A stretch of 46,001 nucleotides of DNA from Parasynechococcus marenigrum WH 8102 (GCF_000195975.1 NC_005070.1:911000-957000); one strand, 5' to 3'; numbered from the stretch's first letter, positions 11,101 through 26,100 are shown. A program made the numbers and translations. The notes: generated by a model from the sequence alone, not told the origin.

Positions 11101-14100
11101 ACCAAGGATTTAACAGCTGGGACCGTTGACTTTGGTTCTAGTACTACAGCGGTTGCGACCAATGGAGCAACAATCGTACTGAAGTTTACTGAGGCGCTGG
11201 CAGACATTACCAATGATGCAAATACCAGAAATCAGTTTGCAGTACTGACTAATGGAGCAGCAAATGCTGTAACCGGAATAGCACTTGGCGGAAGTAATAA
11301 GGAAGTGACATTGACGCTAACGAATACGGTAGAGGACGGCGATGAAGTCACTGTTGCCTACACGAAGGATACTGGCAATAGTGTTCAGCTTGAGGACCGC
11401 CATACAGATGCGACTGATATCGACAACTTTAGTGCGACTTCTGTTACCAATAATTCGACCAAGGATATTACTGGTGCGGTTATTGATTTCGGAGCATCTA
11501 CAACAGCAGTTGCTACGAATGGTGCCACATTAGTACTGACATTCCCTGAGGAATTGGCTGACATCAGTGATGGAGCGGATGTGCGTGCACAATTTGCCGT
11601 TTTAACGAATGGAGCTGCTAATGCTGTTACTGGTGTATCGCTAGGAGGAAGTAATAAGCAAGTCACCTTGACTTTGACGAATGTCGTTGAAGATGAAGAT
11701 GAGGTGACGGTTGCTTATACGGCAAATGGTGCTAATGCGTTGAAGGATCGACACGCAGACGCGACGAATATTGCTAATTGGAATGCGACTTCAATTACAA
11801 ACAATTCAACAAAGGATACAACAGCTGGTTATGTTGACTTTGGTTCTAGTACTACAGCAGTTGCGACCAATGGAGCAACAATCGTACTGAAGTTTAACGA
11901 AGCGTTAGCAGACATTACCAACGATGCAAATACCAGAAATCAGTTTGCAGTACTGACTAACGGAGCAGCAAATGCTGTAACCGGAATAGCACTTGGTGGA
12001 AGTAATAAGGAAGTGACGTTGACGCTGACGAATACGGTAGAGGACGGCGATGAAGTCACTGTTGCCTACACGAAGGATACTGGCAATAGTGTTCAGCTTG
12101 AGGACCGCCATACAGATGCAACTGATATCGACAACTTTAGTGCGACTTCTATTACCAATAATTCAACCAAGGATTTAACAGCTGGGACCGTTGACTTTGG
12201 TTCTAGTACTACAGCGGTTGCGACCAATGGAGCAACAATCGTACTGAAGTTTACTGAGGCGCTGGCAGACATTACCAATGACGCAAATACCAGAAATCAG
12301 TTTGCAGTACTGACTAATGGAGCAGCAAATGCTGTAACCGGAATAGCACTTGGCGGAAGTAATAAGGAAGTGACATTGACGCTAACGAATACGGTAGAGG
12401 ACGGCGATGAAGTCACTGTTGCCTACACGAAGGATACTGGCAATAGTGTTCAGCTTGAGGACCGCCATACAGATGCGACTGATATCGACAACTTTAGTGC
12501 GACTTCTGTTACCAATAATTCGACCAAGGATATTACTGGTGCGGTTATTGATTTCGGAGCATCTACAACAGCAGTTGCTACGAATGGTGCCACATTAGTA
12601 CTGACATTCCCTGAGGAATTGGCTGACATCAGTGATGGAGCGGATGTGCGTGCACAATTTGCCGTTTTAACGAATGGAGCTGCTAATGCTGTTACTGGTG
12701 TATCGCTAGGAGGAAGTAATAAGCAAGTCACCTTGACTTTGACGAATGTCGTTGAAGATGAAGATGAGGTGACGGTTGCTTATACGGCAAATGGTGCTAA
12801 TGCGTTGAAGGATCGACACGCAGACGCGACGAATATTGCTAATTGGAATGCGACTTCAATTACAAACAATTCAACAAAGGATACAACAGCTGGTTATGTT
12901 GACTTTGGTTCTAGTACTACAGCAGTTGCGACCAATGGAGCAACAATCGTACTGAAGTTTAACGAAGCGTTAGCAGACATTACCAACGATGCAAATACCA
13001 GAAATCAGTTTGCAGTACTGACTAACGGAGCAGCAAATGCTGTAACCGGAATAGCACTTGGTGGAAGTAATAAGGAAGTGACGTTGACGCTGACGAATAC
13101 GGTAGAGGACGGCGATGAAGTCACTGTTGCCTACACGAAGGATACTGGCAATAGTGTTCAGCTTGAGGACCGCCATACAGATGCAACTGATATCGACAAC
13201 TTTAGTGCGACTTCTATTACCAATAATTCAACCAAGGATTTAACAGCTGGGACCGTTGATCTTCGCTCTAGTACTACAGCGGTTGCGACCAATGGAGCAA
13301 CAATCGTCCTGAAGTTTACTGAGGCGCTGGCAGACATTACCAATGATGCAAATACCAGAAATCAATTTGCTGTTACTGTTGACGGCTCAACAAATACTGT
13401 TACAGGTATAGCACTTGGAGGAAGTAATCAAGAAGTTACTTTAACACTTACCAATGCTATTAAGGATGGAGCTGAGGTTTTTGTTGCCTACACGAAGGAT
13501 ACTGTCAATAGCGTTCAGCTTGAGGACCGCCATACAGATGCTTCCGATATTTTAGATTTTACTTATTCCATCAATAATTCATCTACCGTTGACAGTACCA
13601 TTCCTGTAGCTGTCGCTGATACTTCTTCAGTTGAAGTTGGAGGTTCTGTTGTCTTCGATGGTACTTCGGGTAATCAACCGATATTAATTACCAATGATAC
13701 TGATAATGTTGGTGTTACTGGTATTGGAGCAGTTGACGGGGTTTCATTTACTTCACTTACAAATTCTGACCATGGGACTTATTCCGGTGCTGCTGGGTAT
13801 AAAAAAGTTGTTGGCACATTTGGTACTCTCTACATTAAGTCGAATGGTGTCGCTGCCTATATACACACGGGTACAAGGGCCACTGATACTGATGTTTTTA
13901 TTTATACGGCAACCGATCTCCAGGGGAATGAGTCAATTCCAATTAAGTTGACAATTAATGCACAAGATACTACAGCCCCGTCTAAATCTGATACCATTAC
14001 TGAAAGTGTTAATGAAGGTTCAACATCTTCGAATCTTCAGCTTTTAAGTATTTTTTCTGACAATTCTTCTACTTTTAGTGTCACGAATATAAAGGTTGGC

Positions 14101-17100
14101 TCTGGTTCGACAGTTGTTCTGCCTTCTGCAGAGACAACCGGCCAATATATTGGGTTCTCTAAGGTTACTTCCACTCAAGGTGATCTTTATCTCAAGGCTG
14201 ATGGAACAGCTTTCTATGTGCATGGTGGATCGGACATTGTAGGAACTGGCACCACTGATGTGTTTACATATACTGTTAATGATGGAACTAACCAAACCAC
14301 TAATACAATTACGATTAACCTCGTTGACACTACTGTTGTTCCTCCTACCAACAGCTCATCGTCAACAAATAGTGCTAGCTCTATCAATCTTGTAATGTCG
14401 GAGGCTATTAAAAGTAATGTCACTGCCCTTCAGTCTATCTCGGACTTTTCCAGTATCGGTCCATTCTTTTCATTACAAATTGGCAATCAGACTCTTGCCT
14501 ATGGAACTGGATCCGGCACATTCTCTATGGACAAAGTCAACAGCACAACACTTACATTTATTGTAAATACCGAGTCTGATTATATTCAAAATGTACATGA
14601 ATTGGTACAACTTGTTTATAATCCAACAGGGGCTAATACTCATCATTTAAAGGATTTGGACGGCAATTTTGCTTCTGGTTTCACGCAACTAGTTACCAAT
14701 CAATTTGTTGCACCATCTGTTTCCAGTGCAACGACGACCAGCTCGAATGTCGTGACAATGGTACTGTCTGAGAATGCATTGAGCAACAGTGCCAATCTCT
14801 CAGCCATTACTAATTTTGCCGATCTTGGTGCTCTATTCTCTGTAAAAGTAGGCAGCCAGACGTTGAGTTATGGAGCTAGCGGTGCAGGCACATTTAGCCT
14901 CGGTAAGGATGGATCCAATAACAACAAGTTAGTCTTTACGATCAATACAGAAGCTGACTACCTGCAAAACGATCAAGAGGTTGTACAGATTATCTATAAC
15001 GCTGATCCCAGCTCTACGACACATAACCTAGTTGATTCTGACGGGAACCAGACAACAGATTTCACATTTACTGCGGCTAATAGCTTCTTAGCACCATCTG
15101 TTTCCAGTGCAACGACGACCAGCTCGAATGTCGTGACAATGGTACTGTCTGAGAATGCATTGAGCAACAGTGCCAATCTCTCAGCCATTACTAATTTTGC
15201 CGATCTTGGTGCTCTATTCTCTGTCAAAGTAGGCAGCCAGACGTTGAGTTATGGAGCTAGCGGTGCAGGCACATTTAGCCTCGGTAAGGATGGATCCAAT
15301 AACAACAAGTTAGTCTTTACGATCAATACAGAAGCTGACTATCTGCAAAGCGATCAAGAGGTTGTTCAGATTATCTATAACGCTGATCCCAGCTCGACGA
15401 CACATAACCTAGTTGATTCTGACGGGAACCAGACAACAGATTTTACATTTACTGCGGCTAATAGCTTCTTAGCACCATCTGTTTCCAGTGCAACGACGAC
15501 CAGCTCGAATGTCGTGACAATGGTACTGTCTGAGAATGCATTGAGCAACAGTGCCAATCTCTCAGCCATTACTGACTTTGCCAATCTTGGTGCTCTATTC
15601 TCTGTCAAAGTAGGCAGCCAGACGTTGAGTTATGGAGCTAGCGGTGCAGGCACATTTAGCCTCGAGAAGGATGGATCCAATAACAACAAGTTAGTCTTTA
15701 CGATCAATACAGAAGCTGATTATCTGCAAAACGATCAAGAGGTTGTTGAAATTATCTATAACGCTGATCCCAGCTCGACGACGCATAATTTAGTTGATTC
15801 TGACGGGAACCAAACAACAGATTTCACATTTACTGCGGCTAATAGCTTCTTAGCACCATCTGTTTCCAGTGCAACGACGACCAGCTCGAATGTCGTGACA
15901 ATGGTACTGTCTGAGAATGCATTGAGCAACAGTGCCAATCTCTCAGCCATTACTAATTTCGCCAATCTTGGTGCTCTATTCTCTGTCAAAGTAGGCAGCC
16001 AGACGTTGACTTATGGAGCTAGCGGTGCAGGCACATTTAGCCTCGGTAAGGATGGATCCAATAACAACAAGTTAGTCTTTACGATCAATACAGAAGCTGA
16101 TTATCTGCAAAACGATCAAGAGATTGTTGAAATTATCTATAACGCTGATCCCAGCTCGACGACGCATAATTTAGTTGATTCTGACGGGAACCAAACAACA
16201 GATTTCACATTTACTGCGGCTAATAGCTTCTTAGCACCATCTGTTTCCAGTGCAACGACGACCAGCTCGAATGTCGTGACAATGGTACTGTCTGAGAATG
16301 CATTGAGTAACAGTGCCAATCTCTCAGCCATTACTAATTTTGCCAATCTTGGTGCTCTATTCTCTGTCAAGGTAGGTAGCCAGACGTTGAGTTATGGAGC
16401 TAGCGGTGCAGGCACATTTAGCCTCGGTAAGGATGGATCCAATAACAACAAGTTAGTCTTTACGATCAATACAGAAGCTGACTATCTGCAAAACGATCAA
16501 GAGGTTGTTCAGATTATCTATAACGCTGATCCCAGCTCGACGACACATAATTTAGTTGATTCTGACGGGAACCAGACAACAGATTTCGCATTTACTGCGG
16601 CTAATAGCTTCTTAGCACCATCTGTTTCCAGTGCAACGACGACCAGCTCGAATGTCGTGACAATGGTACTGTCTGAGAATGCATTGAGCAACAGTGCCAA
16701 TCTCTCAGCCATTACTAATTTTGCCGATCTTGGTGCTCTATTCTCTGTAAAAGTAGGCAGCCAGACGTTGAGTTATGGAGCTAGCGGTGCAGGCACATTT
16801 AGCCTCGGTAAGGATGGATCCAATAACAACAAGTTAGTCTTTACGATCAATACAGAAGCTGACTACCTGCAAAACGATCAAGAGGTGGTTCAGATTATCT
16901 ATAACGCTGATCCCAGCTCGACGACACATAACCTAGTTGATTCTGATGCGAACCAGACAACAGATTTCACATTTACTGCGGCTAATAGCTTCTTAGCACC
17001 ATCTGTTTCCAGTGCAACGACGACCAGCTCGAATGTCGTGACAATGGTACTGTCTGAGAATGCATTGAGCAACAGTGCCAATCTCTCAGCCATTACTAAT

Positions 17101-20100
17101 TTTGCCGATCTTGGTGCTCTATTCTCTGTAAAAGTAGGCAGCCAGACGTTGAGTTATGGAGCTAGCGGTGCAGGCACATTTAGCCTCGGTAAGGATGGAT
17201 CCAATAACAACAAGTTAGTCTTTACGATCAATACAGAAGCTGACTACCTGCAAAACGATCAAGAGGTTGTACAGATTATCTATAACGCTGATCCCAGCTC
17301 TACGACACATAACCTAGTTGATTCTGACGGGAACCAGACAACAGATTTCACATTTACTGCGGCTAATAGCTTCTTAGCACCATCTGTTTCCAGTGCAACG
17401 ACGACCAGCTCGAATGTCGTGACAATGGTACTGTCTGAGAATGCATTGAGCAACAGTGCCAATCTCTCAGCCATTACTAATTTTGCCGATCTTGGTGCTC
17501 TATTCTCTGTCAAAGTAGGCAGCCAGACGTTGAGTTATGGAGCTAGCGGTGCAGGCACATTTAGCCTCGGTAAGGATGGATCCAATAACAACAAGTTAGT
17601 CTTTACGATCAATACAGAAGCTGACTACCTGCAAAACGATCAAGAGGTTGTTCAGATTATCTATAACGCTGATCCCAGCTCGACGACACATAACCTAGTT
17701 GATTCTGACGGGAACCAGACAACAGATTTTACATTTACTGCGGCTAATAGCTTCTTAGCACCATTTGTTTCCAGTGCAACGACGACCAGTTCGAATGTCG
17801 TGACAATGGTACTGTCTGAGAACTCATTGAGCAACAGTGCCAATCTCTCAGCCATTACTAACTTTGCCGATCTTGGTGCTCTATTCTCTGTCAAAGTAGG
17901 CAGCCAGACGTTGAGTTATGGAGCTAGCGGTGCAGGCACATTTAGCCTCGAGAAGGATGGATCCAATAACAACAAGTTAGTCTTTACGATCAATACAGAA
18001 GCTGATTATCTGCAAAACGATCAAGAGGTTGTTCAGATTATCTATAATGCTGATTCCAGCTCTACGACACATAACCTAGTTGATTCTGACGGGAACCAGA
18101 CAATAGATTTTACATTTACTGCGACTAATAGCTTCTTAGCATCGTCTGTATCAAGTGCAACGACCACCAGCTCGAATGTCGTGACGATGGTGCTGTCTGA
18201 GAACTCATTGAGCAACAGTGCCAATCTCTCAGCCATTACTAATTTCGCCAATCTTGGTGCTCTATTCTCTGTCAAAGTAGGCAGCCAGACGTTGACTTAT
18301 GGAGCTAGCGGTGCAGGCACATTTAGCCTCGGTAAGGATGGATCCAATAACAACAAGTTAGTCTTTACGATCAATACAGAAGCTGATTATCTGCAAAACG
18401 ATCAAGAGATTGTTGAAATTATCTATAACGCTGATCCCAGCTCGACGACGCATAATTTAGTTGATTCTGACGGGAACCAAACAACAGATTTCACATTTAC
18501 TGCGACTAATAGCTTCCTAGCACCATCTGTTTCCAGTGCAACGACCACCAGCTCGAATGTCGTGACGATGGTACTGTCTGAGAATGCATTGAGCAACAGT
18601 GCCAATCTCTCAGCCATTACTAACTTTGCCAATCTTGGTGCTCTATTCTCTGTCAAAGTAGGCAGCCAGACGTTGAGTTATGGAGCTAGCGGTGCAGGCA
18701 CATTTAGCCTCGGTAAGGATGGATCCAATAACAACAAGTTAGTCTTTACGATCAATACAGAAGCTGATTATCTGCAAAACGATCAAGAGGTTGTTCAGAT
18801 TATCTATAACGCTGATCCCAGCTCGACGACACATAACCTAGTTGATTCTGATGCGAACCAGACAACAGATTTTACATTTACTGCGACTAATAGCTTCCTA
18901 GCACCATCTGTTTCCAGTGCAACGACCACCAGCTCGAATGTCGTGACAATGGTATTGTCTGAGAATGCATTGAGCAACAGTGCCAATCTCTCAGACATTA
19001 CTAACTTTGCCAATCTTGGTGCTCTATTCTCTGTAAAAGTAGGCAGCCAGACGTTGAGTTATGGAGCTAGCGGTGCAGGCACATTTAGCCTCGGTAAGGA
19101 TGGATCCAATAACAACAAGTTAGTCTTTACGATCAATACAGAAGCTGATTATCTGCAAAACGATCAAGAGATTGTTGAAATTATCTATAACGCTGATCCC
19201 AGCTCGACGACGCATAATTTAGTTGATTCTGACGGGAACCAAACAACAGATTTCACATTTACTGCGGCTAATAGCTTCTTAGCACCATCTGTTTCCAGTG
19301 CAACGACGACCAGCTCGAATGTCGTGACAATGGTACTGTCTGAGAATGCATTGAGTAACAGTGCCAATCTCTCAGCCATTACTAATTTTGCCAATCTTGG
19401 TGCTCTATTCTCTGTCAAGGTAGGTAGCCAGACGTTGAGTTATGCAGCTAGCGGTGCAGGCACATTTAGCCTCGGTAAGGATGGATCCAATAACAACAAG
19501 TTAGTCTTTACGATCAATACAGAAGCTGACTATCTGCAAAACGATCAAGAGGTTGTTCAGATTATCTATAACGCTGATCCCAGCTCGACGACACATAATT
19601 TAGTTGATTCTGACGGGAACCAGACAACAGATTTCGCATTTACTGCGGCTAATAGCTTCTTAGCACCATCTGTTTCCAGTGCAACGACGACCAGCTCGAA
19701 TGTCGTGACAATGGTACTGTCTGAGAATGCATTGAGCAACAGTGCCAATCTCTCAGCCATTACTAATTTTGCCGATCTTGGTGCTCTATTCTCTGTCAAA
19801 GTAGGCAGCCAGACGTTGACTTATGGAGCTAGCGGTGCAGGCACATTTAGCCTCGGTAAGGATGGATCCAATAACAACAAGTTAGTCTTTACGATCAATA
19901 CAGAAGCTGATTATCTGCAAAACGATCAAGAGGTTGTTCAGATTATCTATAACGCTGATCCCAGCTCGACGACACATAACCTAGTTGATTCTGATGCTAA
20001 TCAGACAACAGATTTTACATTTACTGCGACTAATAGCTTCTTAGCACCATCTGTTTCCAGTGCAACGACGACCAGCTCGAATGTCGTGACAATGGTACTG

Positions 20101-23100
20101 TCTGAGAATGCATTGAGCAACAGTGCCAATCTCTCAGCCATTACTAATTTTGCCGATCTTGGTGCTCTATTCTCTGTAAAAGTAGGCAGCCAGACGTTGA
20201 GTTATGGAGCTAGCGGTGCAGGCACATTTAGCCTCGGTAAGGATGGATCCAATAACAACAAGTTAGTCTTTACGATCAATACAGAAGCTGATTATCTGCA
20301 AAACGATCAAGAGGTTGTTCAGATTATCTATAACGCTGATCCCAGCTCGACGACACATAACCTAGTTGATTCTGATGCTAATCAGACAACAGATTTTACA
20401 TTTACTGCGACTAATAGCTTCCTAGCACCATCTGTTTCCAGTGCAACGACGACCAGCTCGAATGTCGTGACAATGGTACTGTCTGAGAATGCATTGAGCA
20501 ACAGTGCCAATCTCTCAGCCATTACTAACTTTGCCAATCTTGGTGCTCTATTCTCTGTCAAAGTAGGCAGCCAGACGTTGAGTTATGGAGCTAGCGGTGC
20601 AGGCACATTTAGCCTCGGTAAGGATGGATCCAATAACAACAAGTTAGTCTTTACGATCAATACAGAAGCTGATTATCTGCAAAACGATCAAGAGGTTGTT
20701 CAGATTATCTATAACGCTGATCCCAGCTCGACGACACATAACCTAGTTGATTCTGATGCTAATCAGACAACAGATTTTACATTTACTGCGACTAATAGCT
20801 TCCTAGCACCATCTGTTTCCAGTGCAACGACGACCAGCTCGAATGTCGTGACGATGGTACTGTCTGAGAACTCATTGAGCAACAGTGCCAATCTCTCAGA
20901 CATTACTAACTTTGCCAATCTTGGTGCTCTATTCTCCGTCAAAGTAGGCAGCCAGACGTTGAGTTATGGAGCTAGCGGTGCAGGCACATTTAGCCTCGGT
21001 AAGGATGGATCCAATAACAACAAGTTAGTCTTTACGATCAATACAGAAGCTGATTATCTGCAAAACGATCAAGAGGTTGTTCAGATTATCTATAACGCTG
21101 ATCCCAGCTCGACAACGCATAATTTAATTGATTCTGACGGGAACCAGACAACAGATTTTACATTTACTGCGGCTAACAGCTTCTTAGCACCATCTGTTCA
21201 ATCACTTACAACTCCGACTAACAGTTCAGTTAAGCTGATATTGACGGAAAATGCGCTTTCCAATTCTACTAATATCTCCTCTATTACTAACTTTGCTAGT
21301 CTTGGTGGTCTATTCACTCTCAAAATTGGCTCACAATCCTTATCTTATGGTACTGGTGCTGGCACATTTAGCTTGACCAAGGATGGCTCTAATAATAATA
21401 TATTGATATTTACCATCAACACTCAGGCAGACTATATACAAAATGTTGAAGAATCTGTTCAGCTTTTATATAATGCAGACTCTAGTTCCACCACACATAA
21501 TCTGATTGATTCTGACGGTAATCATACTTCCGACTTTAATCTCGCGGCTTCTGTTTCTTTCCAAGCAGCACCTTCAGGTCAAATCGTAATTTCTGATATT
21601 CTAGAAAATTCAACGCTTTCACTTTCCTCTACCGATATTCTTTCACTTATCTCTGATCCTAATAATGACACCTTAAATACTTCTTCCATCACCTCTCTCT
21701 CTATTGCAGCTACAAGTAATGCAACTGTAGCCTTAGGTTCTTCAACACTCACTGGTCCTGTGAGTGATACATGGACATTCTCACCTGGCGACTTCTTTGG
21801 TGAGGTTCAGCTCACCGCTGTCGTTAATGACGGCAATAGTGGTGGTGCATTATCAACAACATTTACTTCCACCTTTAATGTTTTACCAGTAAATGATGCA
21901 CCAGTTCAGTCATCCTCTGCTACTTTGTCGTCTGTTGCAAGAGGGCAGAATAAAGACATTACACTTTCTGATTTACTTGGTAATATTACTGATACTGAGA
22001 CCACACAGCTGAGTGGTACTTTAACCTCCGATCTATCTATTGTTGGAAACTCTGTATCGACCAATAAGGGTACTATTACTTACGACAGTGTGAATACTAA
22101 GTGGGTTTACAATTCAACTTCTACCAATTCAGCTGGAGACTCAATCACAGATAGTGGGAGTGTCACTTTATCATATGTCGTCACAGACGGCACTAACCAG
22201 GTATCAGCATCAGCAACCTTTACTGTTGATGATACTAATGCTGCACCTACTGGCTATATAGAGTTCTCTGATATTTTAGAAAATTCTATTTTAAAGTTTA
22301 CTTCTGCTGATATACTTAACAGGATTTCTGACCCTAATGCCGACACTCTAAATTATGCTTCAATTACTAGCCTTACTATTGTAGACAACTCTAATAACTC
22401 ATCTATACCCAATGGTTCACTTCTCCGTCAGGATGATACATCCAATAACTTATCGAATTTTACTTTTTCACCTGCTGAATTTACTGGTGTTGCTAAGATT
22501 TCTGCAGTTGTCGAAGATGGCAATGGTGGGTCTACTACGTTTACGACTACGTTTAATGTTCTTTCCGTTAATGATGATGCACGCTTCAATTCCTCTGATA
22601 GTGTCTCTCCTACCCTTTTATCAGCTTCGTTATCCTCAGCTGATTCTAAGTCTATAAGTTTATATTTCTCGGAGTCTCTTGATAATTCTATTGTTATTGA
22701 AAATAATACATTTGTTGTTAAGGATTCCAATAATGCTACACTTTCTTACACTGTTACTAGAGACACTACTGATTATTCCTCCAACGACTCTGTTATAACT
22801 CTTGTACTTGATTCAGCGATTTCTGATACTAATAATTTAACTGTTTCATATTCTGGATCATCAATTGTAGACGCCTCTAGTGCAAACTCGTATGCTGGTA
22901 ATGCTTTGTCTGCATTTAGCAATCAGGTCGTTTCTAATACACGTGTTAATAGTCCTTTAATTATAAGTGGAAGTCTTGGGCTTGATGGTAAGACTTTAAC
23001 ACTTAACTCCAGCAAGGCCCTTGATTCAACTGACGTTATTTCTTCATCTACATTTACTGTCCAATCCTCAACAGACGGTTCTAACTGGGTGACTGTTCCA

Positions 23101-26100
23101 TATTCTGTTGATGGCGATTCTTCAGACTATATTAACACTGCTTCTTCTATTGTATTGAAACTAGATGATGCCCTGATGTATTCACATCAGGTGCGCGTTA
23201 GCTACGCTTCAACAACTATAGAGGATTCTTCTCAAACTTACGATCTTGCCACGTTTAGTAATTTCTCTATACAAAACCGTTCTAGTGTCTTCACTCTTGA
23301 ATCCCTTGCCTCGACCAATTCAGTTATTTACGAAGACCTTGGTTTTGATGGTACGCCAACAACAGCACAAATAATTTCTCTTGCTGCGGAAGGTACTGTT
23401 AATCCAGATTCAGTTGTTGTTGGTAATTACTATACCATTGAGTCTGTTGGTAGTACTGATTGGACTGCGATTGGTGCTTCCGCTAATGCTGCTGGTACCA
23501 CGTTTAAAGCCACGAATACTGGCACTGGCAATGGTACAGCTTCTACTAATTATTTAATTCTAGATTCTGAGATACTTGGCAAGTATTATGATGTTGAGAG
23601 CTCAGCTCTTTCGCTTTATAACGTCGTAGCTGACAATGGTACCTTTAAACGCAATGATGCTAATACAGGCTGGTTCTATCGACCTGTGGTTAACTATTCA
23701 GGTCAAGTAGTTGTTTCATTTGATGTTTTTGATGGTACTTCTTTTACCCCTGGTAGTGCCACGTTAGATGTTCAATCGATTAATGACATACCTGTCAGGA
23801 TTGCTGGTAATGTTTCAGGTATCATTATTCCTGAAGGGGCTTCAACCGATACGTCACCTCCAACGCTTGCTCATGCTTCTGTAAATGGTTCATCTGTTTT
23901 ACTCCACTTCTCTGAGGCTCTAGATACTTCTACGGTAGTCAACTCCAGTATGTTTGACATTAAAGTTGGCGGGAATGAGGTAACTTATACTGTTAATGGT
24001 AGTACTGCTGATTATTCCAAATCAAATACAACTCTGTCTCTTACACTTTCAAGTGCTGTTTCGGCTACCGATGTTGTAACCATTGATTTTCCCTCTTATA
24101 CTCGCATAACAAGTCTTGGTACAACGACGAACTGGACTAATCATGGTGCTGTCCAAACCGCAGCTGGCAATTTTGTTGTGGGTCGCGAATACATTATTAA
24201 CACAGCAGGTGATACTTCGTTTACGGGTATTGGGGCTACTAACAATAATGTTGGTACTGTGTTTATTGCAACTGGTGCCGGTAGTGGTTCAGGCAATGCA
24301 TTAGAGACAAACTTCGTAGCTACATCTTCGATAACTGGTGATGGTGTCTCTGTTGATAATGTGCTCAAGGACACTGCTTTCTCGGCAAATAAACTAGTTG
24401 CATTTAGTGGAAGTTCAATTTCTAATATTACTGGGACTGATACTACAGTTCCGGTTCTTACCAGTGCTTTACTTGCTCCTGATGGTAAGTCTGTCAAACT
24501 AGTCTTCTCAGAGCCTTTAGATACATCTGTTTCATTAAATAATTCTACCTTTAACGTCAAAATGTCTGCTGATGGTGTTAATTACTCCGCTCACTCATAT
24601 TCTATTGATGCAACCAGTGCTGCTTATTCTGATGGTGATTCAACTATCAGCTTAACCTTTGCCACCGCTGTCGACTATCAAGCCCTCCTTACCCTTGATT
24701 ACCAAGGCACCAACATAAAGGATACTTCTGGTAATGCCTTGGCCACAATCGCGACTGCTTCACCGATGTCTATAAAGAACAATGTTCGTGTTTCTTTGGG
24801 TCTATCTGCGCTTTCCTATCTACCTGGTCTTGGTGATGATGAATCTATCAATTCTTCCACTATTCAAACGCTTACTTACAAGATTACAGCTTTACCCTCT
24901 TCTTTAGTTGGCCAACTGCAGTTGATCGATGGTACTCCAGTAGTCCTTAATGACACCTATAGTATTGATCAGCTCAGGCAACTTCAATTTGAATCTTTCT
25001 CTGGTGCAAATGGTACTACTTCCTTTACTATTAATATAGCTGATTCCGCCGGTTCCTCTATTAATGAGGTGATTCCAATCGGTACGTCTTTTGTCAACGA
25101 CGGTCCAATCCAGACTGGCCCTGCTTTTGTATTTAGCGCTGTTCAAGAGGATAATACGTTAGATATTACAAAGGCTCAGTTGCTGACAGGTTATGTTGAT
25201 GAGGAGGGCAACCCAATGTTTGTTAATGGTTTGTCAGCCTCAAACGGCACACTTAGTCAATCTGGTGACACATGGACGTTCACTCCAATAGAGCATTTTG
25301 TCGGCACCGTTGACCTAATGTATGTTATTAATGACAGTAATGGTGGCGGAATACTTGCAACCAACTCTTTTCAAATTACAGAGGTTAATGATGCACCTGT
25401 TCGTGATGATGGTTCAAGCTTTAATACTTTAACAGTACTTGAAGATGGTCCAGTCTCCTCGATGAATCTTCCATCGACACTTTCGTACTCAACTGGTGGT
25501 GAGGGTCGTTCTACTGGTGAAACCTCTCAGTCCCTCACCTATACAGTTACTTCTTTACCTGTCACTGGCGGTGGTGCCTCTGCTGGCACTATATATAAAG
25601 ATAACGGTACATCTGTCGCTGCCGGTAGTTTTGTTAGTGGTACAAAGTATTATATTTCAGCTTCGGGTACTACTGATTTTACTCAAATCGGTGCTGCTAA
25701 TAACAATGTCGGTACTAGCTTTACAGCAACAGGAGCCGGTGCCGGCACTGGTGAAGCAGTAGCTATAACAACAGTTGACTTATCCAATCCTTCACTAACT
25801 CTTACCGAACTAAAAGGTCTTAAATTTCAACCTGCTGCAAATATAGTTGGTACTTTTACTCTGGGCTTCACTGTTTCTGATGATGGCCCTAATACCAACG
25901 ACGGAAATGTAAAGACCGATAAAAATAGTCTTACTCAATCTGTTGGGATTTCAATTCTTAATTTTAATGATACCCCTGTTTTACCAACCCCATCTATTGC
26001 TTTCACATCGAATGGAACAGAGGACACTGCTTTTACATTTACAGAAGCAGATTTTCTAGCTGGTGTGACAGACCCTGATCTTGATTCCAACGCTAATCCC

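Noticed and set aside
3736-19799. Dozens of 60-93-aa ORFs on the minus strand and in alternative plus frames, recurring every 1065 or 381 nt (e.g. 3736-3942, 4281-4562, 4238-4429, 14994-15227).
   Set aside because: They are shadow frames of the swmB repeat units. Their periodicity simply copies the array, they lie entirely inside a 32-kb intact ORF, and their sequences are low-complexity.
3631-21567. Possible CRISPR array, given the highly regular direct repeats.
   Set aside because: The repeats are contiguous with no unique spacers. They are 351-381 nt long, in frame and coding. No cas genes are present.
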